Source of the DNA: Candidatus Latescibacterota bacterium
GTDB taxonomy: Bacteria; Latescibacterota; UBA2968; GCA-2709665
DNA length: 64,000 nt
Assembly (NCBI GenBank): GCA_965219455.1
Contig: OZ244744.1
Span: forward strand, 4,640,001 to 4,704,000
Direction of reading: 5' to 3'
Position 1 is the stretch's first letter. Every line of letters begins with the position of its first letter. The notes under the pieces are model-generated. The model searched no databases and had not been told where the DNA came from. It was given only the letters and a program-made list of their open reading frames with translations. The translations under genes were made by a program, and so were the position numbers. Positions 34,129 to 43,286 of this stretch are shown one piece after another.

Positions 34129-35097
34129 ATGGACTACAATGTGGGTGCGATTCGCATGGGGGAAACGACGCCACAGCGAATTTACACGTACCGTCAGCGC
34201 CAACGCATGGCAGAGATCGTGAATTGCAATCTCAAAGGAAGTGAGTTTGAAAGGGTTGTTGGCACTTTGTGCCCAGACGACTTCAGTGATTCTGACTTTG
34301 GGACATTCATTGTAATGAAGTCAAAATACATTGACGTGCCAGACACGCTCTTGAATGCATTTTCTTCAACGGCGCGAGACAGAAGGCAGGACGACATTCG
34401 CTTTTATCACTTCCTCAAGTATGGTTACGCTCTCAAGGCTGTTAAGGAGAAGGCCCTGCAGTTTACGGCCATGAAGTACTTTGATGGCAACGACCACGCT
34501 GAGTACTCGGAATTCCTTCGCCGCTGCGGTTATTGCAAGGACGGAGTTGATGGCGACAAGCGGAAACTTTTCGTGTCGTGTTTAACTAACACGTCCGAAA
34601 GTGAAAGGTTCTGGTGCGAGTATGCGGACGGTGACAAAGGGGTTTGTCTGTGTTTGCGATTGTCGAAGGTTAATGCGAAAAACGCGGAATACTGGGATAT
34701 GAGAGATGTCGTCTATGACAATGGCCAGCGCTTTTCCTTCATCCGGAAAATTAGAGATGCATTTCGTCGAGAATTCGATAGGGAACTCTACATTGAAGGC
34801 GTAGACAAATTCGCCCGGTTCTATAAACGACAAAAGTACGAATGGGAGAAAGAGACGCGAATCACATTAGACTACCGGTGCCATCACGATCTTGCGACAC
34901 TGTTTCCGATATATGAGACGAATGACGATCAAAGTCAGGTAATCCGAGAGTTCATCGTCGTACCTTTCAAGAATGAGCTCTACACTCTGACCTTGGACGA
35001 AGTCCTCTGTGGCTCCAATGTGTCGGATTTTGAGATGGAAGATCTTCGAGGTGTTTCCAGACTTCAGAAGGGTCAGGTCAAGCCACGCCCAAGATGA
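34129..35097 (+). CDS. DUF2971 domain protein
   Basis: VSCLT...FWCEYADGDKGVCL...KRQKYEWEKETR; start codon uncertain. Confidence 0.7.
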   Translation: MDYNVGAIRMGETTPQRIYTYRQRQRMAEIVNCNLKGSEFERVVGTLCPDDFSDSDFGTFIVMKSKYIDVPDTLLNAFSSTARDRRQDDIRFYHFLKYGYALKAVKEKALQFTAMKYFDGNDHAEYSEFLRRCGYCKDGVDGDKRKLFVSCLTNTSESERFWCEYADGDKGVCLCLRLSKVNAKNAEYWDMRDVVYDNGQRFSFIRKIRDAFRREFDRELYIEGVDKFARFYKRQKYEWEKETRITLDYRCHHDLATLFPIYETNDDQSQVIREFIVVPFKNELYTLTLDEVLCGSNVSDFEMEDLRGVSRLQKGQVKPRPR

Positions 35098-35246
35098 GAG
35101 GCTCTTCTCATACGCCCCTACGTGCCAATATAGAGTGAGACAATTTCTGCTCCGAGCTCTATAAAGTAATATGGGGGACTGGCGAGCACGAGATACAGTC
35201 CAGATTCGATGTCGCAGAGAACTGTCGCCAGCAAATGATAGTTGTG

Positions 35247-35325
35247 GCGTAACCCGGCGGGACCTGCAAGGCCCCGGGTCCGGACCCACAAGTCCCGGAA
35301 ACCGGCCTAGCGCCGTCTGTTAACG
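35247..35325 (+). repeat. Degenerate attC-like site
   Basis: GCGTAAC-CCGGCG ... CGCCG-TCT-GTTAACG; AAACCGGCC shared with the site at 813. Confidence 0.45.
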
Positions 35326-35363
35326 GCGCTGAACCCAATTATCACTACTCAGTTAATAGATAT

Positions 35364-36704
35364 TTGACTAAAGAGAGGGCAAGAGTGGCTAAAATCGACA
35401 AGATGGCTCGGCAGTTGTCATATAACGTGCGAACAATTCACGACTTCGAAAAACGCTATGGTACCCGGGCGTTACTTCGGGAGAGGCAGGATCTACTCAA
35501 GGCTCTTAGGCCCATTCAACATATTGAGCGTCTGTCCCAATTGGAGAATGCCGTACGAACAGCGTTCGTAAATCCGTTTGAAGAACTGATACGTTCCATT
35601 CGACCAAGCCTGGAGGATCTTCGCCTTGAAATCGGATTCCATCCCAATACGATTAGGTCCATTCAGCTCGCTGCTGAAAACCTAGCGAGACCATCTGACA
35701 TCATGCAACACGTCGCAAATTTAAAGGGACTTGGACACTCTTCAATAGATCGTCTGATCAGAGGTCAGCTAGCCATTGATGAACGCGTATTGGAAATCCG
35801 CGACAACGTATTTGATGTTGAAATCCCAGACCTATTTCCTCACCATCGAATTGCGGGAGCGCTTGCTGGCATACAAGTACTCTCTGAGCAAAGCGAAGTA
35901 ATGCGGTTATCAGCTAAGACGGCACTTGAGTCGATTCAAGCTTTCCAATCGTTCGCAAAGCGACAGCTCCGCAGAGCGGTCATCGACGAACCGAATGTAT
36001 TCTCCCGGCGCATGGCGGTCACAGATTTGGCTGGCGATTTATTGGAGACGGCGCAAAGCTCATGGGAAATGCTAGGCCAACAAGCTACTGCCGTCCCAGA
36101 TAACTGTTCCCCTGTCATGGTCAAGCCCGCAATCTACTCCCATCTGAATCAGGAACTATCATATCTTTATCGCAAAGACGTAAAGGCAGATCCGCACTCC
36201 GCATACCACCGTTCAACAGCGTCGAGAGTAGCTACACTTGGAGGAGAGATTGTAGAGCTGATCTACAACATAAATCAGAGCCGGATGTCATCAGCGAACG
36301 CGCACATTTTTAAGCCTACGAATCGCGCGTTGCGGGCTGTTTACCAACTCACAAACTCAGTATCCAGGAACGAGCAAAGTTTCGGAGACGTTGTAGATGC
36401 CTTATACATTCTCATATATGAAGGAAGTGGTTCCGCCAGTCGATTGACCGACCTTATGACCGATCCGGAACTGACTACGGTTTGGTGGATCAAGACTCTG
36501 CGCACTTCAATGAGTCATGACGTTGATCATGGTGACGAGCGAAAGTCCCGGAAGAAACATTCGGAGATTGGGGAAGTTTATTACGCCCTTGTGGGTCAAA
36601 TGAGACCGAAGCTTGCAGCTGATTGGTCAACTGCACAGGTTGTTTTGTATGAGTACACTGCAGATCTTCTTCGCAGTGTACTCGATATTGTGGATCCGAA
36701 TTAG
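35364..36704 (+). CDS. Hypothetical helical protein with a putative C-terminal HEPN motif
   Basis: 446-aa ORF; LRTSMSHD fits R-x4-H. Confidence 0.55.
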   Translation: MTKERARVAKIDKMARQLSYNVRTIHDFEKRYGTRALLRERQDLLKALRPIQHIERLSQLENAVRTAFVNPFEELIRSIRPSLEDLRLEIGFHPNTIRSIQLAAENLARPSDIMQHVANLKGLGHSSIDRLIRGQLAIDERVLEIRDNVFDVEIPDLFPHHRIAGALAGIQVLSEQSEVMRLSAKTALESIQAFQSFAKRQLRRAVIDEPNVFSRRMAVTDLAGDLLETAQSSWEMLGQQATAVPDNCSPVMVKPAIYSHLNQELSYLYRKDVKADPHSAYHRSTASRVATLGGEIVELIYNINQSRMSSANAHIFKPTNRALRAVYQLTNSVSRNEQSFGDVVDALYILIYEGSGSASRLTDLMTDPELTTVWWIKTLRTSMSHDVDHGDERKSRKKHSEIGEVYYALVGQMRPKLAADWSTAQVVLYEYTADLLRSVLDIVDPN

Positions 36705-36943
36705 ATAAGTGATCAATAATGAATGAACTGTTCAGTGTCAATATAGACGCTTAGATCTGAAGTCGCATATCACAGCCATTTACGACGCGTCCCATACGCT
36801 TCTTGGAGTTTTGTCCACTCTACATGGATGCAAGGGTCGTGCATTTTGAAGACGACCTATGTCGTAAGTGAAGAGCGTCGGCAGACGATTTGAGTTCTCG
36901 TCTGCAGGAAGACATCTGTTTTGTCGCAACAAGAAAATGCGAT

Positions 36944-37528
36944 ATGACCATACATCAATTTGGAAACGAGGTGCTTGACGCCCTGCGGAGGCATTTCGCC
37001 CCGGAAAGCGTGACTTTTCTTGGTTCATTCGCCTCAGGGAAAGTCGACGAATACAGCGACGTCGACCTTGAAGTCAATGTCCAGGTTGAACTCACGCAGG
37101 GATTCTTCGATTCTTTAACAGAGTGTCTGAAAGGACATTTCGGCCCACTATCCGTCCGGTATGATCCACAGAAAAAAAACGAGCGGATGGCACAGAATGT
37201 TCGGTTCAACTTTCACGACTATCCCGTGTTTTGGCGGATAGAACTCGATATCAGGTCAGACCGGGACACCCCTCAGAAATGGCCTTCGCCGTTTCCGAGC
37301 TGGTCTGTCGCCACGTCTGCGATCTGGAATATCGTCTGGGCGGTGAAGCGAGCCAGGCGGGGCGAAAGGGATGCTCACCACTATATGAATTGCGCCTGCG
37401 ATAAACTGGGTCGACCAGGGCTGGCGTATTCGGATGACAATGTGGAAACCCTGCTTTCGGAATTGCGTAAATTTCCGGACGTCGACAGCGTGTTGCTGTC
37501 GAAACTCCGCAGCGAAATCAGGTGCTGA
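36944..37528 (+). CDS. Pol-beta-family nucleotidyltransferase
   Basis: GSFASGKVDEYSDVD. Confidence 0.8.
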   Translation: MTIHQFGNEVLDALRRHFAPESVTFLGSFASGKVDEYSDVDLEVNVQVELTQGFFDSLTECLKGHFGPLSVRYDPQKKNERMAQNVRFNFHDYPVFWRIELDIRSDRDTPQKWPSPFPSWSVATSAIWNIVWAVKRARRGERDAHHYMNCACDKLGRPGLAYSDDNVETLLSELRKFPDVDSVLLSKLRSEIRC

Positions 37529-37547
37529 GGCTCTATAGATGTGTTCT

Positions 37548-38341
37548 ATGTTGGACGACCTTTCGGATTCACGCGTCACTGCTGCGATCGAGCAGAACAA
37601 CATCGATCTGTTCCTCTTTGCCGCCGCCGTGGGCCGAAAAACCATCTTGAGGGAGGAAGACACTTCACCGGGGTCATCGGCAAGCCGTGGTGGCCGAACT
37701 ACCTCGTCGAGCCTCGCTTCCGCGACGAAACTCTCGAGAGCCGCATACACCGTATTCGTGAGGAGATTGAGCAGAGGAAGCTGCCGCCGCTCCTGAAGTT
37801 CGGTCCGAAAGCAGAGCCGAAGCATCTGAGAGCGCATCTGTTGAGCAACGGTTTCGTGGCGATGGATCACAATCCTTCGGGAATGGCGATGCGATTGGAC
37901 ACGATGGAAGGGGGACATCCGGTCCCGGACGACCTCAGAATCGAGCGGGTGAGTGATGACCGGGCACTACGTGAATGGCTGTCATTCTTCACGTTATTCG
38001 AATTCCAGATGTTCAGGGTTCCCATCCAGTCGCCCGTGGTTAAGCTTTATGTGGGGAGAATTGACGGTGAGCCGGTTGGAGTTTCGATGATGTTTCTGTC
38101 ATCGGGCGTTGGCGGGCTGTATCAGGTGGAAGTTTCGTCGGAGCACCGAAGGCAGGGAATCGGAACCGCGATGACGCTGGCCCCTATGGAGGACGCTCGT
38201 CAACTGGGGTACAGGATTGCCGTACTGCAGGCGTCGAAGATGGGTGAACCGGTCTACCGGAGAATCGGCTTCGAGTCGTACTTCAAGTACAACTACCTTC
38301 ATCCAAGGGGATGTACCTTTGCCGACTTCAAGGCTGCGTGA
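37548..38341 (+). pseudogene. GNAT acetyltransferase with a frameshift near 37655
   Basis: N-terminus MLDDLSD..AAIEQN in one frame; RRQGIG and LQASKMGEPVYRRIGF in another. Confidence 0.7.
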
Positions 38342-38422
38342 GAACCAACCTGCGGGGAATACATCAAAAATGGTGTTGATGCCCAGGCCGCAAACCGTCC
38401 ACTGAACAGGGGCAATTTCAAG

Positions 38423-38806
38423 ATGAAAATCATCCTCAATAGTGTATTTGTGGAAGACCAGGACAAGGCATTGAAGTTCTATACTGAAACCCTTGGTTTT
38501 GTCAAAAAGCACGATGTTCCCGTCGGGGCGTTCAAATGGCTCACGGTGGTCTCGCCCGAGGACCGGGACGGGACTGAGCTTTTGCTCGAGCCGAACGAGA
38601 ATCCGGTCGCGAAGGCATACCAGAAAGGAATATTCGAACAGGGTATCGCCGCTACGGCCTTTGGCGTTGACGATATTCGTGCAGAGTATGAGCGGTTAAA
38701 TGCACTCGGAGTGAGATTTACAATGGAGCCAACGCAGTGGGAAGACGTTATCCTGGCGGTCTTTGATGATACGTGCGGCAACCTCATTCAGATAATGCAA
38801 ACGTAG
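38423..38806 (+). CDS. VOC/glyoxalase family protein
   Basis: DQDKALKFYTETLGF; FDDTCGNLIQ. Confidence 0.92.
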   Translation: MKIILNSVFVEDQDKALKFYTETLGFVKKHDVPVGAFKWLTVVSPEDRDGTELLLEPNENPVAKAYQKGIFEQGIAATAFGVDDIRAEYERLNALGVRFTMEPTQWEDVILAVFDDTCGNLIQIMQT

Positions 38807-38928
38807 AGTCAACCCCGCGGCACTGCCATACCCGACAACGCAGAGACCCGAATTCGGTGTTCCCAAGCTTATCGAACAGTTTTGGGAATTTTTTTTGACG
38901 GTGATAAACCACCATTTCGGCGAGAAAT

Positions 38929-39684
38929 GTGAAGACCTTTATTCAGTCCGGCACCAGGTTTCTGGTAGAGGTCGGGACTAAACCAAAGCCAGGACTGGTT
39001 CGATGGACGACATGGGGCCATAACGACATTCAACAGTCATATCTGCTTTCCACATCCGATGGATCTATTCTGATTGATCCGATACGGCCCATTGGTAGAC
39101 AAGCTCTGAATGCCCTGAGGGAACATGCCGATGGTCGATTTCAAGCTGTAGTCTGCACGAGCCCAAACCACGAACGAGATGTGGAGTGGTTCCGCAAACG
39201 GTTCAAGATACCTGTATACGGGCCGGAGTTGGCCCCTGCCAGGTCACGCATCAGGCTGAAGTCAGATGAACTATATCGAGATGGCGATATACTTCCCGGG
39301 AACATTCGCGCGATTTGGTCAGGAGATAAACGAGGTGAGATGTGGCTGTTGTGGAGGGCTGCGAGGACATCCAGGGTCCTGATTTGCGCAGATTCGATAT
39401 ATGGACAATCCCGGAGGGGAGGGTTCGATGGTGCGACCGTACCGTACTGGATTCAGGAAGGCGGGATCCGGTTGCAGATGAATGGCGAAGTCAGTCCCAG
39501 CGAAATGAGACGCAGGTATGAACGTCTTGAAGATTATGAGTTTGGGATTGTCCTGAACGTTCACAATCCGCGTCCTATTGAGAATGCGAAATCCGCACTT
39601 GAAAGAGCGCTGACCCATGGCAAATATGAGACGCATCCGAAACGCGCGTTCAGTGTTATCGCGGCAGATTTATCGGGGGAATGA
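38929..39684 (+). CDS. Metallo-beta-lactamase-fold protein (divergent)
   Basis: ILIDP; TSPNHERD; LICAD. Confidence 0.55.
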   Translation: MKTFIQSGTRFLVEVGTKPKPGLVRWTTWGHNDIQQSYLLSTSDGSILIDPIRPIGRQALNALREHADGRFQAVVCTSPNHERDVEWFRKRFKIPVYGPELAPARSRIRLKSDELYRDGDILPGNIRAIWSGDKRGEMWLLWRAARTSRVLICADSIYGQSRRGGFDGATVPYWIQEGGIRLQMNGEVSPSEMRRRYERLEDYEFGIVLNVHNPRPIENAKSALERALTHGKYETHPKRAFSVIAADLSGE

Positions 39685-39758
39685 ATACATGGGAGCACTC
39701 GATACCCTCTGTGCCTATATTAGATGAGACAGTTCCCCGCTTTCAAATGGGAATTGTA

Positions 39759-39938
39759 ATGGGTACTACGGATGAGCGTAAGAAGAAGCCGGTGGTAGAG
39801 GTTTTTGATAGTCGGTATAGGCCAACGAAGGCGGAGATGGAAGAGGAGATTGTGATAGATGCGAGCCCGGAGGAGTTGCTACGGGCGGTTGTTCAGGATG
39901 TAGAACTTCGGATTGTTGATCCGAAAGGGAAGCGGTAG
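39759..39938 (+). CDS. Small hypothetical protein (59 aa)
   Basis: YRPTKAEMEEEIVIDASPEELLRAV; begins immediately inside the element end. Confidence 0.5.
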   Translation: MGTTDERKKKPVVEVFDSRYRPTKAEMEEEIVIDASPEELLRAVVQDVELRIVDPKGKR

Positions 39939-39979
39939 TATAACGCTGGCAACAATATGGGTAAGGGGGTTAGGGAAAT

Positions 39980-40013
39980 AAAAAAAACCTGCCAGTATGT
40001 TACTTCTGGCAGG
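39980..40013 (-). terminator. Rho-independent terminator
   Basis: CCTGCCAG/CTGGCAGG stem followed by a T8 run on the minus strand. Confidence 0.65.
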
Positions 40014-40062
40014 CTGTTGATAGCGTTATGGGAGGTCAGGTTGCTTTTTGAGATTTGCTTCT

Positions 40063-40308
40063 TTAAACGTGACCGTAAAATTCATTTCGGTCTATTTGCA
40101 ATGCTCTCAAAACTGCTCTGATTTGTGGTATCCTGATTTGTTCATTGGGTTTGCCTGCTGTTCCTGAATATAGTAATTCTCCGTCGACTGTGCGGGTAAA
40201 ACCCCAATAAGTTCCAATGACATCTGTGCCGCTTTCCTGAATATCACATTCGCAATTGAAATTTTGTATTAAACACTCTTTGAACTGTTCAAACGGCAGA
40301 TAAAACAC
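40063..40308 (-). CDS. Small protein, possible HicA-like toxin
   Basis: 81 aa directly downstream of a HicB-like gene; ends IPQIRAVLRALQIDRNEF. Confidence 0.45.
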   Translation of the reverse strand: MFYLPFEQFKECLIQNFNCECDIQESGTDVIGTYWGFTRTVDGELLYSGTAGKPNEQIRIPQIRAVLRALQIDRNEFYGHV

Positions 40309-40318
40309 AGCGAAATCC

Positions 40319-40675
40319 TCATGCGCAAACGCGAGAGTTCGCTTTTACAACAGGCATCAAAGGTGTTTTCCATTCATCAAGAGCAAGTCGACGATGATTG
40401 CGTTTTAGCTGAGCGTCCTCGGCTTCTTCAAACATGGTCCAGAACTTCTCAGGGGCCTTCTCAATGCCTTGTAAGATTTCCCGGTTATTTGTGGCATCAA
40501 AATGGCAATGAGTCATAATTGTAACGTAAAACCGAGCCCTGACCTGGGGTATTGTCTGTCCTTGAGCAACAATATCATATTCAAGACCCTGAGCAATCCA
40601 AACATCTTCGTTCCTATACAAAAGGACGTTTACTTGAATGACATCTGACAACGACCTTGTAGTTTTCCCGTTCAT
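40319..40675 (-). CDS. HicB-like antitoxin
   Basis: WIAQGLEYDIVAQGQTIPQVR; GGGAG RBS; upstream TTGACA-18-TATTTT (40744-40715). Confidence 0.6.
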   Translation of the reverse strand: MNGKTTRSLSDVIQVNVLLYRNEDVWIAQGLEYDIVAQGQTIPQVRARFYVTIMTHCHFDATNNREILQGIEKAPEKFWTMFEEAEDAQLKRNHRRLALDEWKTPLMPVVKANSRVCA

Positions 40676-40886
40676 TGCGTACTCCCGTGGTTGTCATTTG
40701 CATATCCTTTCACAAAAATACGTTATCGGAGTACGGTCTGTCAAGTGTAAAAATCCAGAAACGCATGTACGTACTGGGTTGTACAGACCGTAACAGAAAG
40801 GGGAACAAAGTGTGGGTATCGTTGAAATGTGACTTTGCGCTATAATTCCCTTTTTAATTAGAAAACAATGAAGAGGGCGAAGGAAC

Positions 40887-40992
40887 GCCTAACGTCAACG
40901 GATGTATCAGTACCGATACATAGGTGCTTGCCGACGGGGCTTCAATAAGGCCACGGATCCACATTCGCGGAATTGGAAACTCGCAGTTGGTA
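40887..40992 (+). repeat. attC-like site
   Basis: Canonical GCCTAAC ... GTTGGTA; GCTTGCCGACGGGG REP remnant and TCGCGG hairpin as in the other sites. Confidence 0.55.
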
Positions 40993-41006
40993 TTATACAA
41001 GCTCGA

Positions 41007-41132
41007 TCAAAGCTTGATCAAAATGAGCGTGCCAAGCGTGATCAAGCTTGTGATCTGGATTCCCAAAAGCCATCGAATCCAGAACAAGAGATCACGTTGG
41101 CCTTGCTCGAGGCTGTTCAAGCGTGCATCCAT
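41007..41132 (-). CDS. 41-aa peptide with a C-terminal transmembrane helix
   Basis: MDARLNSLEQGQRDLLFWIRWLLGIQITSLITLGTLILIKL; GAGGGG RBS; 4 nt after the SNF2 stop. Confidence 0.55.
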   Translation of the reverse strand: MDARLNSLEQGQRDLLFWIRWLLGIQITSLITLGTLILIKL

Positions 41133-41136
41133 CGGC

Positions 41137-43251
41137 TCAATAATCCCCTCGGTTTGATACGAGCGGCCGTTCCAATCCGAACAGCCCGAAAAGTTCATCA
41201 CTGTTCAACTGGGCGGACAGATCCATCGACACGTCGTCGATGAGTTGGTTAAACAGTTCCCGTTTGTTCTCCAGAATATCGTCAATACGCTCCTCAATGG
41301 TTCCGATGCAGGAATACTTGATGACGTTGACTTTGACCGTCTGGCCGATGCGGTGGCTTCGGTCTTCGGCTTGACTTTCTACGGCGGGGTTCCACCAACG
41401 GTCCAGGTGAATCACGTAGGACGCCTCCTGCAGGTTCAATCCCAAACCGCCCGCCCGCAGCGACAGTACCAACACTTTGTGTTCGCTGCAGGTCTTGAAT
41501 CGTTCGATGATTTCGGCTCGCTCCTGCGGAGGCAAGTCTCCGGTGATGGTAAGCGGAATGAAATCCCGCATTTGGTTGGCCACGGCCCCCACGCCGGATG
41601 TGTCGCTGACGTACTGCGAGAAGATCAGCGTCTTGTGTCCCTGTGCTACCAGTTGGTCCACGCGGTCCTTGATGTCTGCCAATTTGCTGGATTCACCGGT
41701 CATTGGGTCGGCGTTGCAGATTTGCTTCAAGCGAGTGATGAGCTCAAGCACGTGCCGCACGTTGACTTCCGCGCCAAGAGACTTCAGGTAGACGATGCCT
41801 TCCTGTTCGGCCTTATCGTAGCTCTTGCGTTGGCGGGAGCCCAACTCGATGTCTACCTTCGTGACCTGCTTGACGGGAAGGTCTTTCAAGACCTCCGCTT
41901 TTTTGCGTCGAACCTGCAACTCACGATGACGCCGCTGCAATTCCACACCTGGATGGTACCATTTTCTTACACCAGTGTGGTCATAGTCAACGAACTCCAG
42001 TATCGAGGCCAACTCCTCTTCGCGATTCTCCATAGGGGTGCCGGTCAGAGCCCAGGAGCGGTTTCTTTTCAGCCCTTTCAGCGCATCGCTCGTATCGTTG
42101 CGGTTCTTGATCCTCTGAGCCTCGTCGGCTACCACAACGTCCCAGTTTTTGCGACCCACCAGAGCTTGGGTGCTGAAGTCAGACCGCAGGGTATCGTAAC
42201 TCACGAGTGTTATTTCTTTCTCGGCATGCCACTGCCAACTGCGGTCCGATACCGAACCACGGATGATGATGGCGGAAAGCTCAGGCGCCCATTTTTCGAT
42301 TTCGCGCCGCCACTGGTTCAGCACGCTTGCAGGAGCCGTGATCAAGCACGATTTGATTTCGCGACGTGCGCGGAGAATCCGTAAGGCTGTGATCGCCTGT
42401 ACGGTTTTACCCAGGCCCATGTCGTCGGCCAACAGCAGCCGGCGGTTTTCCAGCAAAGCCCGGACACCCTGCTGCTGGAAGGGCATCAAGTCACCGGCCC
42501 AATGCAGCGGGACCGCTCGGAAAGGTTCCGGCGGATTGGCCAGAACGGTCCACAGACGTTCGGCCAGAGTTGCGTCGGCTCCTGGGCCTGAACTTGCCTT
42601 ATGGACGTTCTCACGAATTGCCGGGTAATCGCTGGTGGGATATCCGGGGCGTTCGGGCAATGAAGATAAGCTCACTACAACGGCCAAACCTGAAAGGTCG
42701 GTGACAGCGTGAATCCGATCGTCGTCAAACGCTACGTCCAATCCTGCAGTCGCCCGTTCGAAAGGTTCAGCGGGATTGCCCCGGTCCAGTATCTCTACGA
42801 GAAGTTGGCTCGCTTCGGTATCCGGAGTGGGTTTTTCCGTAACCCAATGCAAATCATAACCCTCGTTATACGGGTCGGCCGATTCGCCATTGGGCCGAAC
42901 ACCGGATGTTGCGATACGGCAAAAGGGAACCTGTACCTTTATTTCTTCGTTGATCGATCCATGAGGTACTTCATCGGCCCGGGCGAGTAACAACGTCGGC
43001 ACAGTTGTGACAGCTCTGAGTAGTGATCCTGCCAGCGATTGCAAGATTTCCGGCTTGACGATTGCAAGTTGTCCACCAGACCCCGAGCAGACCGTCCGGG
43101 TGAAGCAAAAATCCAGGGGTTCACCCTGTGCGGACGTCTCGAATAGCGCCGCCCGTACGCCTTTACCGCCCTTTTCTTCGACGAACCGTAGCCAGGCCAC
43201 CGCGCCGGATCCCGTATTCACCGATTTCAGTTCATTGAAAAGTTCCGGCAA
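41137..43251 (-). CDS. SNF2-family helicase with a ~240-aa unknown N-terminal domain
   Basis: LADDMGLGKT, DEAQ, LTGTP, GGLGLNL and WWNPAVESQAEDRSHRIGQ. Confidence 0.93.
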   Translation of the reverse strand: MPELFNELKSVNTGSGAVAWLRFVEEKGGKGVRAALFETSAQGEPLDFCFTRTVCSGSGGQLAIVKPEILQSLAGSLLRAVTTVPTLLLARADEVPHGSINEEIKVQVPFCRIATSGVRPNGESADPYNEGYDLHWVTEKPTPDTEASQLLVEILDRGNPAEPFERATAGLDVAFDDDRIHAVTDLSGLAVVVSLSSLPERPGYPTSDYPAIRENVHKASSGPGADATLAERLWTVLANPPEPFRAVPLHWAGDLMPFQQQGVRALLENRRLLLADDMGLGKTVQAITALRILRARREIKSCLITAPASVLNQWRREIEKWAPELSAIIIRGSVSDRSWQWHAEKEITLVSYDTLRSDFSTQALVGRKNWDVVVADEAQRIKNRNDTSDALKGLKRNRSWALTGTPMENREEELASILEFVDYDHTGVRKWYHPGVELQRRHRELQVRRKKAEVLKDLPVKQVTKVDIELGSRQRKSYDKAEQEGIVYLKSLGAEVNVRHVLELITRLKQICNADPMTGESSKLADIKDRVDQLVAQGHKTLIFSQYVSDTSGVGAVANQMRDFIPLTITGDLPPQERAEIIERFKTCSEHKVLVLSLRAGGLGLNLQEASYVIHLDRWWNPAVESQAEDRSHRIGQTVKVNVIKYSCIGTIEERIDDILENKRELFNQLIDDVSMDLSAQLNSDELFGLFGLERPLVSNRGDY

Positions 43252-43286
43252 TTCAGTATACCCCAGGAAGGAGAAGTGGTCCGCTT

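Larger units (their letters stand above)
39749..40850. mobile_element. Putative IS1595-like non-autonomous element with passenger genes
   Basis: Ends GGGAATTGTA / TATAATTCCC; AT-rich 8-mers TTTCAAAT / TTTTTAAT flank it; lower-GC interior; no transposase. Confidence 0.5.

Noticed and set aside
41245-42384. 379-aa + strand ORF and similar long ORFs opposite real genes
   Set aside because: These are antisense shadows of well-supported genes, with no recognisable motifs.
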